Positions 39,841 to 52,700 of a stretch of DNA of 64,000 nt are shown here, piece by piece. A program made the position numbers and the translations under genes. Within the stretch, counting starts at the first letter, position 1. Each line of letters starts with the position of its first letter. The DNA is from Okamejei kenojei (Eukaryota). The stretch covers positions 37,572,001-37,636,000 of the forward strand of contig CM069139.1 in the NCBI GenBank assembly GCA_035221665.1, in the 5' to 3' direction. The notes below the pieces were generated by a model. That model ran no database searches and was not told the origin of the DNA. It was given only the letters and a program-made list of their open reading frames with translations.

Positions 39841-41779
39841 CAATGATGTCTTTGGTCGGATAATGTGAATGTGCCTCAACTAACAATTTCAATTAGTTGT
39901 TGAACTATCCATATACAGCATGAGAAAATCTTGCCATCTATTCATCAAAGGCAGAATATACACTTGCATTTTGTTTTTCAATAAAACATTTGCATCTTGT
40001 ATACTTGAGCCTCAAAATTAACTTCTTATAGCTTGCATTCAACTAGTTCCCAGTCACTATGCTTATCGTTGATCTTGCCAATTAAATGTAGAGGGAATCA
40101 ATATCTTTATCTGTTTCCTCCAAAAGAATTCCAGGAATTATTTTTTTTTTAAATTAATGCAACAGAACAAAATGCACATTTGCAAGCAGTACATCGATTA
40201 TAATTTGGAGCTTAATCCATTTTGACTTTGCAAAATATGGTAAACAAGTATTGCAACAAAATTAAAAGTTTAAAGATAAGGGAAATGTGATTTTCCTTTA
40301 TCAATGTGAAAGTGTAAAGTATTTGCACAAAAATAAAGTCTGCAATAATATTTTGCATCAATATTGTCTATGCTATGCAGTAATAATATTTTCTGAAGCA
40401 TCTCAGACATTGAAAATGTCTCAAACAACAGGTTATTGTATTTCAATATAAATTTTACAATTGTAAATTATCGTTATGAGACCATCTTACGTTGGTGGCC
40501 AATGGACAAAAGCATCTGAATGTGGCAATATAAAATGTTTTTATGAAATTACATCAGTGTTGCAAGTTCTAGGATGAAATTACTGCATTAATAATCTAAC
40601 ACTTGAATTAACTGAACCAATAAATTATTTTAATCATACATGAAAAGATAGTTCAATTATTCAGAATATAATAAACAATTTTCAATGTAAATGGCAAATA
40701 CTCTATTGTTTCCATAGGCTTAACAGGAAAAAAATAACTCAATTGAATCATACAAAACTATTTACTCATTTGCTTCTTATGTTCCTGCATACTCCTGCAA
40801 TCACACTTCACTCTGGTACTTTTGATGTTTGCACATTTTTGCTAAATTATGTTCACCATGTACATGTAATATCAAACACTTCTTGATTTTATTTGACAAA
40901 ATGGAATTTCAAATCTTTTATACGTTGTTCAGGTTTACAACCCCTTTTCTATTTGTCCAGTTAGCCCACCTGAAGAACTACTATCCTAAAATATTTGATA
41001 TTATGAAAGTGTCATTATTTTATTTTATTTACATTATTTATTGCAGGTAATATGTTCACTTCATTTTCAAGTAAATTAAATCTCTTAGGAATTATATGAA
41101 AACTACTTGATTGAACACTATATTAAGGAACAATTATATCCTACCTCTCCCCTTTCTATATGATTATATTTTATTATATATCAGATGGATATGGACACTG
41201 GCTTTTTTATGGAATTCATTTTAACAACTTGCTCATTTTATGTTGCAATATTTAACTTCATGATGACAGCGATATTTAAGTATTTTTCAAAGGGAACAGG
41301 GTTTGGTTTCTAATTTAAAAAAGAACTAATTAAAATGTCTCTTGGAAATGTATGTAGATAAGTTCATTGTTCTCTCCTGAAATACTATTTCGATGTGCAA
41401 TCCCAGGTTATTATTATATATTGTTCTTGACTGTACTTTGCTGTTATTTTGTGTAGAAGCTGACGTATTAATATTTACTATTGCCGAATAGTGCAACTAC
41501 CCCTTCAATGTATTTTAAAAGTCTACAAATTGCTCCTGTGTTACTGATTGAAACAAGTTTCTCTGATGTTAAAAGTAGTCATATATTGTGCCTTAACCAT
41601 TGTCAATCATAAATTGTTCCCATGCCAATTATTTTTTTAGCTTTGTTCAGGTTATCTCTACATTGTTCACTATTCCAGACATTGGTTTAAATCCATGCAT
41701 TCACACAGATTTAATAATAAATACAATACATCTTTTTAAAAGTGTGATTTGTAGGTGAACAATTATAACATTTTCAGTT

Positions 41780-41935
41780 ATGGACATTGTGGGAAACAAG
41801 GGATGAAATTGCTTTGGCTCTGACAGAGATTGCTGTATCTTCATTATATACGGTTGAGGTAACAGTAGACTAAGAAGTGGCTAATGCTGTGTTATGTTTA
41901 AGAATGGCTACAAGGACAAGACAGGGAACTAAGAT
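41780..41935 (+). mobile_element. Degenerate CR1 ORF2 internal fragment
   Basis: GAAATTGCT...GACT..GAAGTGGCTAATG.TGTG..TGTTTAAGAA...CAGGGAACTA resembles the DW..ANV.PLFKKG...PGNY motif. Confidence 0.5.
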
Positions 41936-41940
41936 ATGGT

Positions 41941-42115
41941 AAAGGGGCTATCCCACTGCGGCAAATATTGGCGTGTTTAGAAGTGTTTAGGAAAGTTTGA
42001 AGAAATGTCATGTTGAAGACCTCCTTCGACTATGTAGAAGACCTCCTTCGACCTCCTTCGACTATGTTGAAGACTAGCTTCAACTAGCTTCATGAAAATT
42101 GGACACCTAATAGTG
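41941..42115 (+). mobile_element. Possible left end of a PIF/Harbinger-like non-autonomous DNA element with internal GACCTCCTTCGAC repeats
   Basis: TAA followed by AGGGGCTATCCCACT; short tandem GAAGACCTCCTTCGAC / CTAGCTTC units. No matching right end seen. Confidence 0.35.
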
Positions 42116-42734
42116 CAAAACCACTAACTTTTGTATCATCAGCAAACTTGCTAATCTTGCCCTGTATGTTCCCATCCAAATTGTTTGTTAATGATCCACG
42201 ACAACATACATGGTGAAAGATTAATCTTTATTCCATAATTAATCCAGAACATTTAAACTGCCAGCTATTCATATCCAGCTCGGCGTGGCTGCTGAGAGCC
42301 GGCTGACCTTGTTAGTGTAAAACCGTGTAGTACCGTAATACCATGTAATGGGTGGCATGCATAGATGTGTAGTGGAGATTATAAATAGCATGGATTAATA
42401 TGGGTTAATCTACTTCCTTCCTCTTAAAGAAGCAAAGAATATATAGAGTGGTTAGTGGAGCATATTGTAAACACTAGTATAAGGTGTGTGCATTTCTTAT
42501 CGTACTTGTACAAGCTTGTGCATATGTGAGCACATAAAACAAAACGAGTCATGCACAGTTCAAGCATAGCTGGTGAACTTTCCAATCAGTGGGTTTGGTT
42601 TGCAGACACGACCTGCACGTGTATGGAAGAACCCCTCGTGAGGGAAATACAGGCTGGTCAGTGGGTGAGTTGGGCTGGAGGGCCTGTCTCTCCATTGTAT
42701 AACTCCACAGCTCTTTTTGCTGTTTATTCATTAG

Positions 42735-42870
42735 TACAGGTGTCAGAGGTTATGGAGGCAGGAGAATGGGGTTAGGAGGGAGAGATAGATCAGTCATGAT
42801 TGAACGGTGAAGTAGACTTGATGGGCCAAATGGCCTAATTCTGCTCCTATCACTTATGATCTTATGAACA
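42735..42870 (+). mobile_element. CR1-type LINE extreme 3' end
   Basis: GATCAG.CATGATTGAA.GG...GATGGGCCAAATGGCCTAATTCTGCTCCT and a (CTTATGA)n tail. Confidence 0.65.
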
Positions 42871-43679
42871 CATCATACCTAAGTTAAACTGAATATTGCT
42901 TGAATTTATAGTAAATGTGTATTCATCAATTTTACGTTATTTCGGTGACATAATACATCCCATGATCATGTATATACAAATCTTCCTGTGTTAAGTTGGC
43001 CTCTCAAAAAACCTTTGCAATGATTCTTTTGCAGATAGACCTGGATTGACAGTAGTTGTAAATTAAGCATGCATTTTTGTCAGACTGGATGGTGCTGTGC
43101 AGACTCACCATCTGCCTTGCCTTTGCTATATGCAGAGTGCTGAATGAGTTAACTCTCTGCACCAAATAGACAAGAGGGACACAAGTGGAATATCACTTAC
43201 CAGAATCCCCTGACCATTTTTGACAATGGTTTAACAGCTGCATTGAACTAAAAACAGGATGAGAAATGGAGTTGATATCTCAGGTTAGTTCCTCTTCTCC
43301 CACCACAGATGCTGCCTGACCCCTTGAGTATTACCAGCATTTCCTTTTTTATTTCAGATTTTCAGCATCTAGACTTTTTTGTTTTTAGCTTAACGTTTTC
43401 TATACATTTCTTTTGTATGAATTGTTGTCACAAAATTCTGTTGTATTATTTTTATTATTAAATGTTTATCCATGAGGTTAAATGACTCACAAATTGTTAT
43501 AATACGGTTCATGGCAACATGTTGTTCTAGAGGCATAATGTTCACTGAACTCACTACTTGTGATGTTGGAATTTAGAACACAATCCTATCCTACAATATT
43601 CATTGCCACAAATTGATCCTCCAACAATCAAGGTAAGAAACTGTGCTGAGGTTTTTCAGTCATGGTACAATTCTATACT

Positions 43680-43980
43680 GTGAATGTTTTCTCGGGGTGG
43701 AGGATTCTAAGACTGCAGGGCATAGGCTTAAGATGAGAGGAGAGAGATTTAAGAGAGACCTCAGGGACAATTTTTCCACTCAAAACTAGTCCGTATCTGG
43801 CATGAGCTTCGAGAGGAAGTCGCAGAAGCGGATACCATTACGACTTTTAAAAGACATTTGGACAAATATATAGATTTGAAGGATTCAGAGAGCTAGAGCC
43901 AAATGCAGACAAACTAGCCCATGGAATAGCCCATGACAAAGGACATGTTTCTGTGCTTTACAGCTCTATAACTCTATGTT
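43680..43980 (+). mobile_element. CR1-type LINE 3' fragment
   Basis: GGCATAGGCTTAAGATGAGAGG.GAGAGATTTAA and TTTAAAAGACATTTGGACA motifs. Confidence 0.7.
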
Positions 43981-45029
43981 CATAGTTACAGACTGATGTT
44001 AGAGTATTCCTAGTTACATTTGATATAGCAGCATCTGGATAGGTGCAGTGCTGTACAATGCCACACTTCAATCATACACTACTTATAGTCATAGATTATT
44101 GTTATAATATTTATGTACAGGTTTGTCCTACACAGCACATGCTCACAGACTGATACTCCATTCTCATGAATGTTTCTAGAGAACCTATTTTCACAGTTTT
44201 ATCCCACAAATTACATCGTCACATATTGCAACCAGACTGCACAAAGTCACAAATTGAGCAGATTGATCCAATGCTGTATGTAGTTAACAAAAGATCCTAT
44301 GCCATGTACAAACCCAGTCAACAAGGAATCCTAAGGTGTTTACTTTCTAAAGTTGACTTGGGGATATCCATACTGGTCGATTAATCTTACATTGAACAGA
44401 GTCATGGATTAATTTGGCATTGTGTGCAGTCTAAAATGAGTATTATAATGTACTTTGTAACAATTGATCAAATGCAGATATAATTCACACCACACATAGT
44501 CACAGAGTGATTATATGCCTTAATTGTCATAGACTGATCATATGGTGTTTACATTTCCCTACTGTGACAGTATCTGCAGCATTCTTAGTCAAAGATTGAT
44601 CCACAATGCATGTTGTTGCAATTGATCCACTGCTGTTCATAGCGATGTTAAATGTGCATCGAGTAAGAAATTATCTTAAATTGACAAATTATTGAGTCTT
44701 CTGGGCCACACATTGTTGTGACACTGTTTAAACCTGCATGTTTGCAGGGCTCACAAAAAGCTGGAGAAATTCAGCGGGTGCAGCAGCATCTAAGGAGTGA
44801 AGGAGATAGGCAACGTTTTGGACCAAAACATCAGACTGATTGCTTGTAGGGTTGCATGGTTGATCTAACTACATAGTCACAGACTGACTTTACATAGAAT
44901 AGAGCCTCAGTTCGATCTTATGCTAATTCTTGTCAAAGATGAGCCTTGTGTTTTATATACATTGTCTCAGATACATGTAAAGACATTCAGGACTAAGATG
45001 AAGAGAACATAACCAATGGAAGCCACAGG

Positions 45030-45330
45030 AGCAGCAGAATGGTCACAGCTACAGAGTCCCGGGTTTGATCCTGACCTCGGGAGTTGTCTGCGTGGAGTAT
45101 CTAAGTTCTCCCTGTGACTGCATGGGTTTCCTCTGGTGCTCTGTTTCCTTTCACATCCCAAGGACGTGTTGAGTTTGTAGGTTGATTGGCCTCTGTAAAT
45201 TGCCACTAGTGAATAGGGTATGGATGCGAAAGTGAGTTAACATACAACTCATGTGGACGGGTGATCAGGTTGGTGTGATGGGTGGTGTGGACTCAGTGGG
45301 CCAAAAGGCCTGTTTCCATGTTGTATCAAC
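45030..45330 (+). mobile_element. HE1-type V-SINE
   Basis: tRNA-like B box CCCGGGTTTGATCC, V-core GTGGAGT...TTCTCCCTGTGAC.GC.TGGGTTTCCTC.GGTGCTC, and a CR1-derived tail GGCCTGTTTCCATG. Confidence 0.75.
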
Positions 45331-45337
45331 CCTACGT

Positions 45338-45725
45338 AGAAACATAGAAACATAGAAAATAGGTGCAGGAGTAGGCCATTAGGCCCTTCGAGCCTGCACC
45401 GCCATTCAATATGATCATGGGTGATCATCCAACTCAGTATCCCGTACCTGCCTTCTCTCCATATCCCCAGATCCCTCTAGCCACAAGGGCCACATCTAAC
45501 TCCCTCTTAAATATAGCCAATGAACTGGCCTCAACTACCTTCTGTGGCAGAGAATTCCAGAGACTCACCACTCTCTGTGTGAAAAATGTTTTTCTCATCT
45601 CGGTCCTAAAAGATTTCCCCCTTATCCTTAAACTGTGACCCCTTATCTGGACTTCCCCAACATCGGGAACAATCTTCCTGCATCTAGCCTGTCCAACCCC
45701 TTAAGAATTTTGTAAGTTTCTAAAC
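45338..45725 (-). mobile_element. Relatively young CR1/HER1-type LINE 3' fragment
   Basis: (CATAGAAA)n tail; collinear and highly similar to 6310-6675. Confidence 0.85.
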
Positions 45726-45951
45726 TGGACATGGTCCAACAGCCTTCACACCTGCAGGTGGTTTTCAAAATAAACATTAATACCCAAGCATCTTGCACTT
45801 TGGAAACTCAACATTTGATCTTGGACTGCTCACGTTCACGTTGAAGTTACTCTGTGCATAGTGACAGATTTGATTCATCGTTACAGTTCAGCCCTGCATT
45901 TCACAAAGATGCAAATTGATCCTAGACTATACAGTTACAGGTTGACTCCAT

Positions 45952-46093
45952 GGGGTGGGAGATTGCAACCTTCACGTGGTCCGCCCTTTCGACGAATGCA
46001 ATCAACCTGGCGTGCACAATCAAATAAGATCAAATAGAACAAGTTGTCCTATAACTTTAAGCTGTGCACGCCATACGCAAGAAGAAGAAGAAG
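45952..46093 (+). mobile_element. Unclassified retroposed element of about 140 bp with (AAG)5 tail and 11-bp target-site duplication
   Basis: Flanked by GTTGACTCCAT (45941-45951) and GTTGGCTCCAT (46093-46103); contains internal inverted repeats. Confidence 0.6.
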
Positions 46094-46565
46094 TTGGCTC
46101 CATACCGTGGTCACACATTGCTCATTATCACAATGACCCTCCAATATATCTAGCCGGACATTAACACTATACCACATGTGGCCACGGGCTGATATCACGT
46201 TTGTAGTCACAGATTGTGTGCAAACAGAGTGACAGACTGATCATATGGTATTCACAGTGATAGACTGATCCTATAGAATTCACGGTGATAGGCTGATCCT
46301 ACAATATTCATGGTGACCGATTGATCGTACAGTATTCATAGTAACAGATTGATCAGACGGTATTCCTGGTGACAGACTGATGATATGGTATTCATCATAA
46401 CAGATTGATTGTACAGTATTCACTGTGACAGACTGATCATACAGTATTCACTGTGACAGACTGTTCATACAGTATTCACTGTGATAGGCTGATAGTACGC
46501 CATTCACAGTGACAGATTGATGGTACAATAAACACGGTGACAGACTGATCATATGGTATTCATGG

Positions 46566-46770
46566 AAGGTAGACAAAAAATGCCGGAGAAACTCAGCATG
46601 TGAGGCAGCATCTATGGAGATAAGGAATTGGCGACGTTTCGGGTCGAGACCCTTCTTCAGACTGAACGCCGCCAATTCCTTCTCTCCATGGATGCTGCCT
46701 CACCCGCTGAGTTTCTCCAGCATTTTTTATCTATCTTCGATTTTTACAGCATCTGCAGTTCTTTCTTAAA
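46566..46770. mobile_element. Inverted PLE-terminus pair with hammerhead core and 16-bp target-site duplication
   Basis: Arms 46566-46633 and 46670-46737 are reverse complements. CATATGGTATTCATGG occurs at 46550-46565 and 46771-46786. Core at 46630-46663 on the minus strand. Confidence 0.85.
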
Positions 46771-46916
46771 CATATGGTATTCATGGTGACAGGTTGACCG
46801 CACAGTATTCACGGTGACAGGTTGACCGGATGGTATTCTGGGTGACAGATTGATCGCACAGTATATACTGTGACAGACTGATGGCACAGTATTCACAATG
46901 ACAGATTGATCCACAA

Positions 46917-47910
46917 TAACCATCAGCACTGGGGCACCTAAAATATGTAAGCTCTGTCCCCTGCCCTACTCACTCTATACCCATGACTGTAGCCAGACAC
47001 AGTCCCAACTCCACCTTTAAATTCGCCAACAACATCTCCGCTATTGGACAAATTAAAGATAATGATGAGTCAGAGTACAGGAGTGAGATTGATTGGCTGA
47101 CTGAATGGTGCCTGAACAACAACCTTGACCTCAACATCAGTAATACTAAGGAATTAATTGCTGAATTTAGAAGAGGAAGACTGAGGATCCACAAATCTGT
47201 CTTCATTTATGGGCTGATGGTGGAGAGAGTCAAAAACGTCAAGTTCTTGGTTGTGGATATCTCTGAAGACCCTGTCCTGGACCCAGCACATTGATGCAAT
47301 CAGAAAGGAAGGTCATCAACACCTCTACTTCCTTAGAAGATTCAGGAGATTTGGTATGTTGATGAATACTATCTTGAACATCTACAGGTGTGCAGTAGAG
47401 GGCATAATGACTGGTTGTATCACGACTTGGTTTGGCAACTCAAACGCCCAGGAACAAAGGAGATTACAAAAAAATGGTGAATACTGGCTGTCCATCAAGG
47501 GTTCTGACCTCCCCCACTATTGAAACAATCTATAAGAGGCACTGTCTCAAAAAGGTAGCCAATATCATCAAGAACCCACCACCATGCTCTCATTTCACTC
47601 TTGCCTTTGGGAAGAACAAGTAACATCCAGGTTCAGGAACAGCTTCTTCCTAACAACCATCAGGCTATTGAACACAGCGAACTCAAATTCAACTCTGAAC
47701 CACGAACTGCCTGGGTTGCACTGGGGACCTTCAGTTTTGTTTTTGTTTTTAAACTCTATTGGGTTTTTCATTTATTGAACTTGTTTTTTTGTTTGTTTAT
47801 TACATTATCTATTGAATACGGAGTTTACAACCAATTGTACTGCTGCTGCAAGAATTTCATTGTTCCATTTCGAGGCGTATGACAATGAAACATTCTTGAC
47901 TCTTGACTGT
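46917..47910 (+). mobile_element. Rex/Babar-type LINE, 5'-truncated, RT remnant
   Basis: Frameshifted TISTGAP..., FKFA(NN for DD), DESEYRSEI..LTEWC.NNNL.LNIS.TKELI, LYFLRR and SRFRNSFF motifs; CTTGACT tail. Confidence 0.85.
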
Positions 47911-48239
47911 ACTCATCTTGTACTCTGCCAGTGACAGATTATTGTACGGTATTATTGATGACAGATTGGTTGTACATTGTTCACGGTGACACTGATCTTA
48001 CAATATTCACGGTTACAGATCAGTCTTATGTATTCACGGTGACAGACTGGTCATATGTTATTGACGGTGACAATCTAATATACTGTATTTAACGTAACAA
48101 ATTGATCATAGATTATTTATGGTGGCATTGGTTGTACGGTATTCACAATGACTGCATAATCGTAATGGTATTCACAGTGACAGATTGATTATAGATTATT
48201 TATGGAGCTCTATTATTGATCGGAGAGTATTAAAGTGAC

Positions 48240-49620
48240 AGTCATACAGCATGTGAACAGGCCCGTCGGCCCAACTTGCCCATGTCGACCAAGATGCCCC
48301 ATTTACCCTGGTCCCACCTAGCCACGTATGACCTATATCCATCTAAACCTTTCCTTTATATGTACCTGTCCAAATGTTTTTTAAATGTTGTTATAGTACC
48401 TGATCAACTACCTCCTCTGGCCGCGGGTTCCATATACCCACCAACCTGTGTGAAAAATATGCTCCTGAAGTTCCTATTAAATCTTTCCCCTCTCACCTTA
48501 AACCTTTGTCCTCCGTTTCTTGATACCCCTACTCTGCGGTAAATGACTGTGCATCTACCCTATATATTCCACTCATGATTTTATGCACCTCTATAAGATT
48601 GCTCCACCTCCTCCTGAGCTCCAAGAAATAAAGACCTAGCCTGCCCAACCTCCCCTTGGTGCTTAGACATTCAAGTTCTGGCAACATCCTTGTAAATCGT
48701 CCCTGCACCCTTTCCTACCTAAGGGGAAATAAACTATCAAACATCTTTCCTATTGCAGAGTTACAAAAACTGAAAACAATATTCCAAATGCAGCCTCACC
48801 AACGTCTCGTATAAGTGTAATATAATATCCCAACTCTGTACTGAATACCATTGACTGAATAAGGTCAATGTACCGAAAGCCTTCTTGACCCTCCCTATCT
48901 CCCTGTAACACCACTCTCAAGGAACTGTGTACTTGCCATCCTAGATCCCTCTTCTCTACACCACTCCCTAGGGCCTGCCATTCACTGTGAAGGACCTGCC
49001 CTGGTTTGACTTTCCAAAATACAGTACCTCGCATTTATCTGCATTCAACTGCATTAACCATTCCTCAGTCCACTTGTTCAACTGATTATCCTGCTGATAG
49101 TCAAGTTCGCTATCTACTATACTGCCCACTTTAGTGTCATTTGCGAACATACGAATCATGCCTTGTACATTCTCATCCAAATCATTGATACAAACCACAA
49201 ACAACAATGGGCCCAGCACTGATCCCTGATGCACACCATTAACCACAGGTCTCCGGTCTGAAAAACAACCTTCTACCATCACCCTCTGGTTCTTTCCATG
49301 AAGCCAATTCTTTATCCAGTTGGTCGGTCATCTCTCTCTGGTTCCCATGCAATCTTATTTTCCACAACAGCCTACCATGCAGAACCTCATCGAATGCCTT
49401 GCTGAAGTCCATATAGACAATGTCTACGATTTTGTCCTCATCATCGGTTATGGTTACTTCTTCAAGGAATTTAATCAGATTTGTGAGATGATCTCCACAT
49501 ATGAAGCCATGCTGACTATCCTTAATCAGCCCCTGTCTAACCAAAGGCATACATATCTCATCCCTTGGAATACTCTCCAGTAACAGGCTCAGATGGTCTA
49601 TCGTTCTTAGGCTTCTCCTT
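48240..49620 (-). mobile_element. CR1-type LINE RT fragment
   Basis: ORFs with QHGF, VYMDFSKAFD, GV.QGSVLGPLLF..CINDLDE and FANDTK (decayed FADD). Confidence 0.9.
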
Positions 49621-49799
49621 ACAGCCCTTCTTAATAATTCTTCATACAGTTCAATGTCACAGATTCAACCAACACTCTGCTTAGTTGCATGTCAGTGTTA
49701 CAGCAGTAATAATCTCAGTGGTCCTACAGACTTCAAAGCCACAGACTGACCAAAGAGTACCTATATGAGAAATGTTACCTAAACTACGTGGAGTTGCAG

Positions 49800-52700
49800 G
49801 AGAATCGTACAGTATTAATACTCAGATTAGTCCTACCACATTAATAGTCATAGATGAATCCTATAGTATTAATAGTTACAAATTAATCATGCAGTATTAA
49901 TGGTCACAGATGAATCCTGCAGTATTAATTGATGTAGTTGAATCCTAGAATATTAATAGTCCAAGATGAACCCTGCCAATGTTATTAACACACAGATGAA
50001 TCCAATATTAATATTACATACAAAATTAATAGTCTAGGATGGATCTTACAGTATTAATAGTCACTGAAGAATCCTACAGTATTAATAGACACATATGAAT
50101 CTTGTAGTATTATTAGTCACATGAATCTTACAGTATTAATAGACACAGATGAATCCTACCTTATTAGTATTCACAGAAGAATCCTACCATATTAATACAT
50201 ACAGATTATCCCTACCATATTAATAGTCACAGATGAATTTAATAGTATTAATAGTCACATATGATCTATGCAGTATTAATTGTCACAGATTAATCCACCA
50301 GTACTAATAGTTGCAGATAAATCATGTGGTATTAATATTGGCAGATGAATACTATAGTATTAGTAGTCACAGATCAATTTAAGATTATTAATAGTTACAT
50401 GCATCCTACAATATTAATAATCTTAGATGAATCCTGCAGTATTAATACATATAGTTGATTGCTATAATATTGATAGTCACAGATTAATCCTGCAGCATTA
50501 TTAACACTCACATATGAATCCTACAATATTAACAGTCTCAGATTAATCCTACAGAATTAACCGTGCAGATGGATCCTGTATTCTTAATAGTCACAGATGA
50601 ATTCTGTAGTATTAATGGTCACAGGTTAATCCTGCAGTATTAATAGTTACAGATGAATTTAAGAGTATTAATTGTCACAGATGAAACCTACAGTGTTCAT
50701 AGTCATAGATGAATCCTACAGTATTAGTTGTTACTGAGTATTAATGATCACATTTGAATCCTACAACATTATTAAATCACAGATTAATCATAGTATCAAA
50801 AGTGACAGATTAATCCTAGAGTGTTAATAGTCACAGATGAATTCTACAGCATTTTTAGTCAGAGAGTATTAATAGTCTGATGAATTCAAGAATATTAATA
50901 GTCACTGAATCCTATAGTATTAATAATTACAGCTGAACCCTAGAGTATTGATAGACACATATGAATCGTGTAGTATTAATACATAGATGAATCCTAGAGT
51001 AGTAATCAATACAAATGAATCTTACAGTATTAAAGTTCACAGAAGAATCTGAGAAGCATAAGTAGACATATATGTATCCTAGAGCATTAGTAAACACATA
51101 AGCATCCTGCAGTATTAATAGTCACAAATGAATCATGCGATATTAATAATCACAGATGAATCCTATAGTATTAATAGTCATAGATGACTCATACAGTATT
51201 AATAGTAATGGATGAATCCTACAGTATTAATCCTGTATTAATCCTGTATTAATACAGACTGTTAAATCCCAGAGTATTAACAGTCACAGATGAATCCTGC
51301 GACATTATTAACACTCACAGGTGAGTTCTACAGTATTAATAGTCTTGGATACATCCTGCAGTATTAATAACCAAAGATGAATCCTGCAGTATTAATAACC
51401 ATAGATGAATCCCGCAGTATTAATAGATACAGTTGAATCCTACAATATTAATAGTTACTGATGAATCCTGTGGTATTAATAGTCATAGATGAATCTTGCA
51501 GTTGCAACTAGTTATAATGGGATTTTGCAACTAGTTATAAAGGGATCTTCTTTCCAGAGGCCATTAGGACTGTAAACTCCTATCGCACCAAGGACTAACT
51601 TTACTGTACCACAATACCGCCCACAATATTTAATATGTAAAAGAACATGTGATTCTGTTCCATTCTGTTTGTAGTTTGTTTGGTTGTTTGTTTGTTTGTT
51701 TGTTTTTTTGCACAAAGTCCGCGAGCACTGCCACTTTTCATTTCACTGCTCATCTCGTATGTGTATGTGACGAATAAACTTGACTTGACTTGATTTGACT
51801 TGGGAAGCAGCCTTTTAAACGTGCCCAGAAAGTTTGAGAAGGCTTGACAGGAAGTTCAGAGTTCCAGAGGGTAAGAGGAAAATTGAGCAGATTGGTGGGA
51901 TGAGGGGTTGTGTAGTTTGCATGCTGTGTGGGGGCTAGGCAAAGTTGAAACACAAAAAACTTAAACATTGAGCCAGTAGAGAGAGAATTGGACAAGGCTA
52001 AGGAGGGATTTCAATGTTTAGATGTAAACAAATTACTCTTTCGTGATGGAGGGATATGACCAGAAAGGGTGCTCGCCTCTCGCAATGCCATCTGTGGCCA
52101 CTTAGGGAATTTCAACTGAACCCTTGTAATTTTGTCCGGATAATATGGGTGGGCAGACCGTCAGTTGTCAGAAAATTGTTGTTCAACCTGTATTAGCCAC
52201 AAATTAATCCTATTATTAGTCATGGATGAATCCTGCAGTATTACGTCACAGATGAATCCAAGAGTATAGATAGTCACAGATGAATCCTACAGTAATAATA
52301 GTTGCAGATTAATCCTGTATTATTATTACACACCGAAGAATCCTAGAGTACTAATAGTCATGGATAAATTCTACAGTATTAACATTCACAGAACCATCCT
52401 GTAGTATTAATTGTCACAGATGAATCAGAGTATGAACAGTCACAGAAGAATCCTAAAGCATTAAAAGTTACAGATGAATCCTGCAGTATTAATAGTCACA
52501 GATTATTCCTTCGGTATTAATAGTTACAGACAATTCCCAAAGTATTAATAATCAAAAATGAATACTGCAATATTAATAATCACAGATGAATCTTAGTATT
52601 AATAGTCACAAACTATTCCTAGAGTATTAATAGTGACGGATGATTTCTGCAATATTAATACACAGACATGTCCTACAGTATTAACAGTTATAGGTGAATC

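Larger units (their letters stand above)
46215..48240. repeat. 28-bp minisatellite, type A units (ACAGTATTCACTGTGACAGACTGATCAT), interrupted by insertions
   Basis: Unit starts at 46413, 46441 and 46469 (period 28). Blocks at 46215-46565, 46771-46915 and about 47920-48240. Confidence 0.9.

Noticed and set aside
45030-45110. tRNA gene
   Set aside because: Only a degenerate B box in a SINE head; no cloverleaf.
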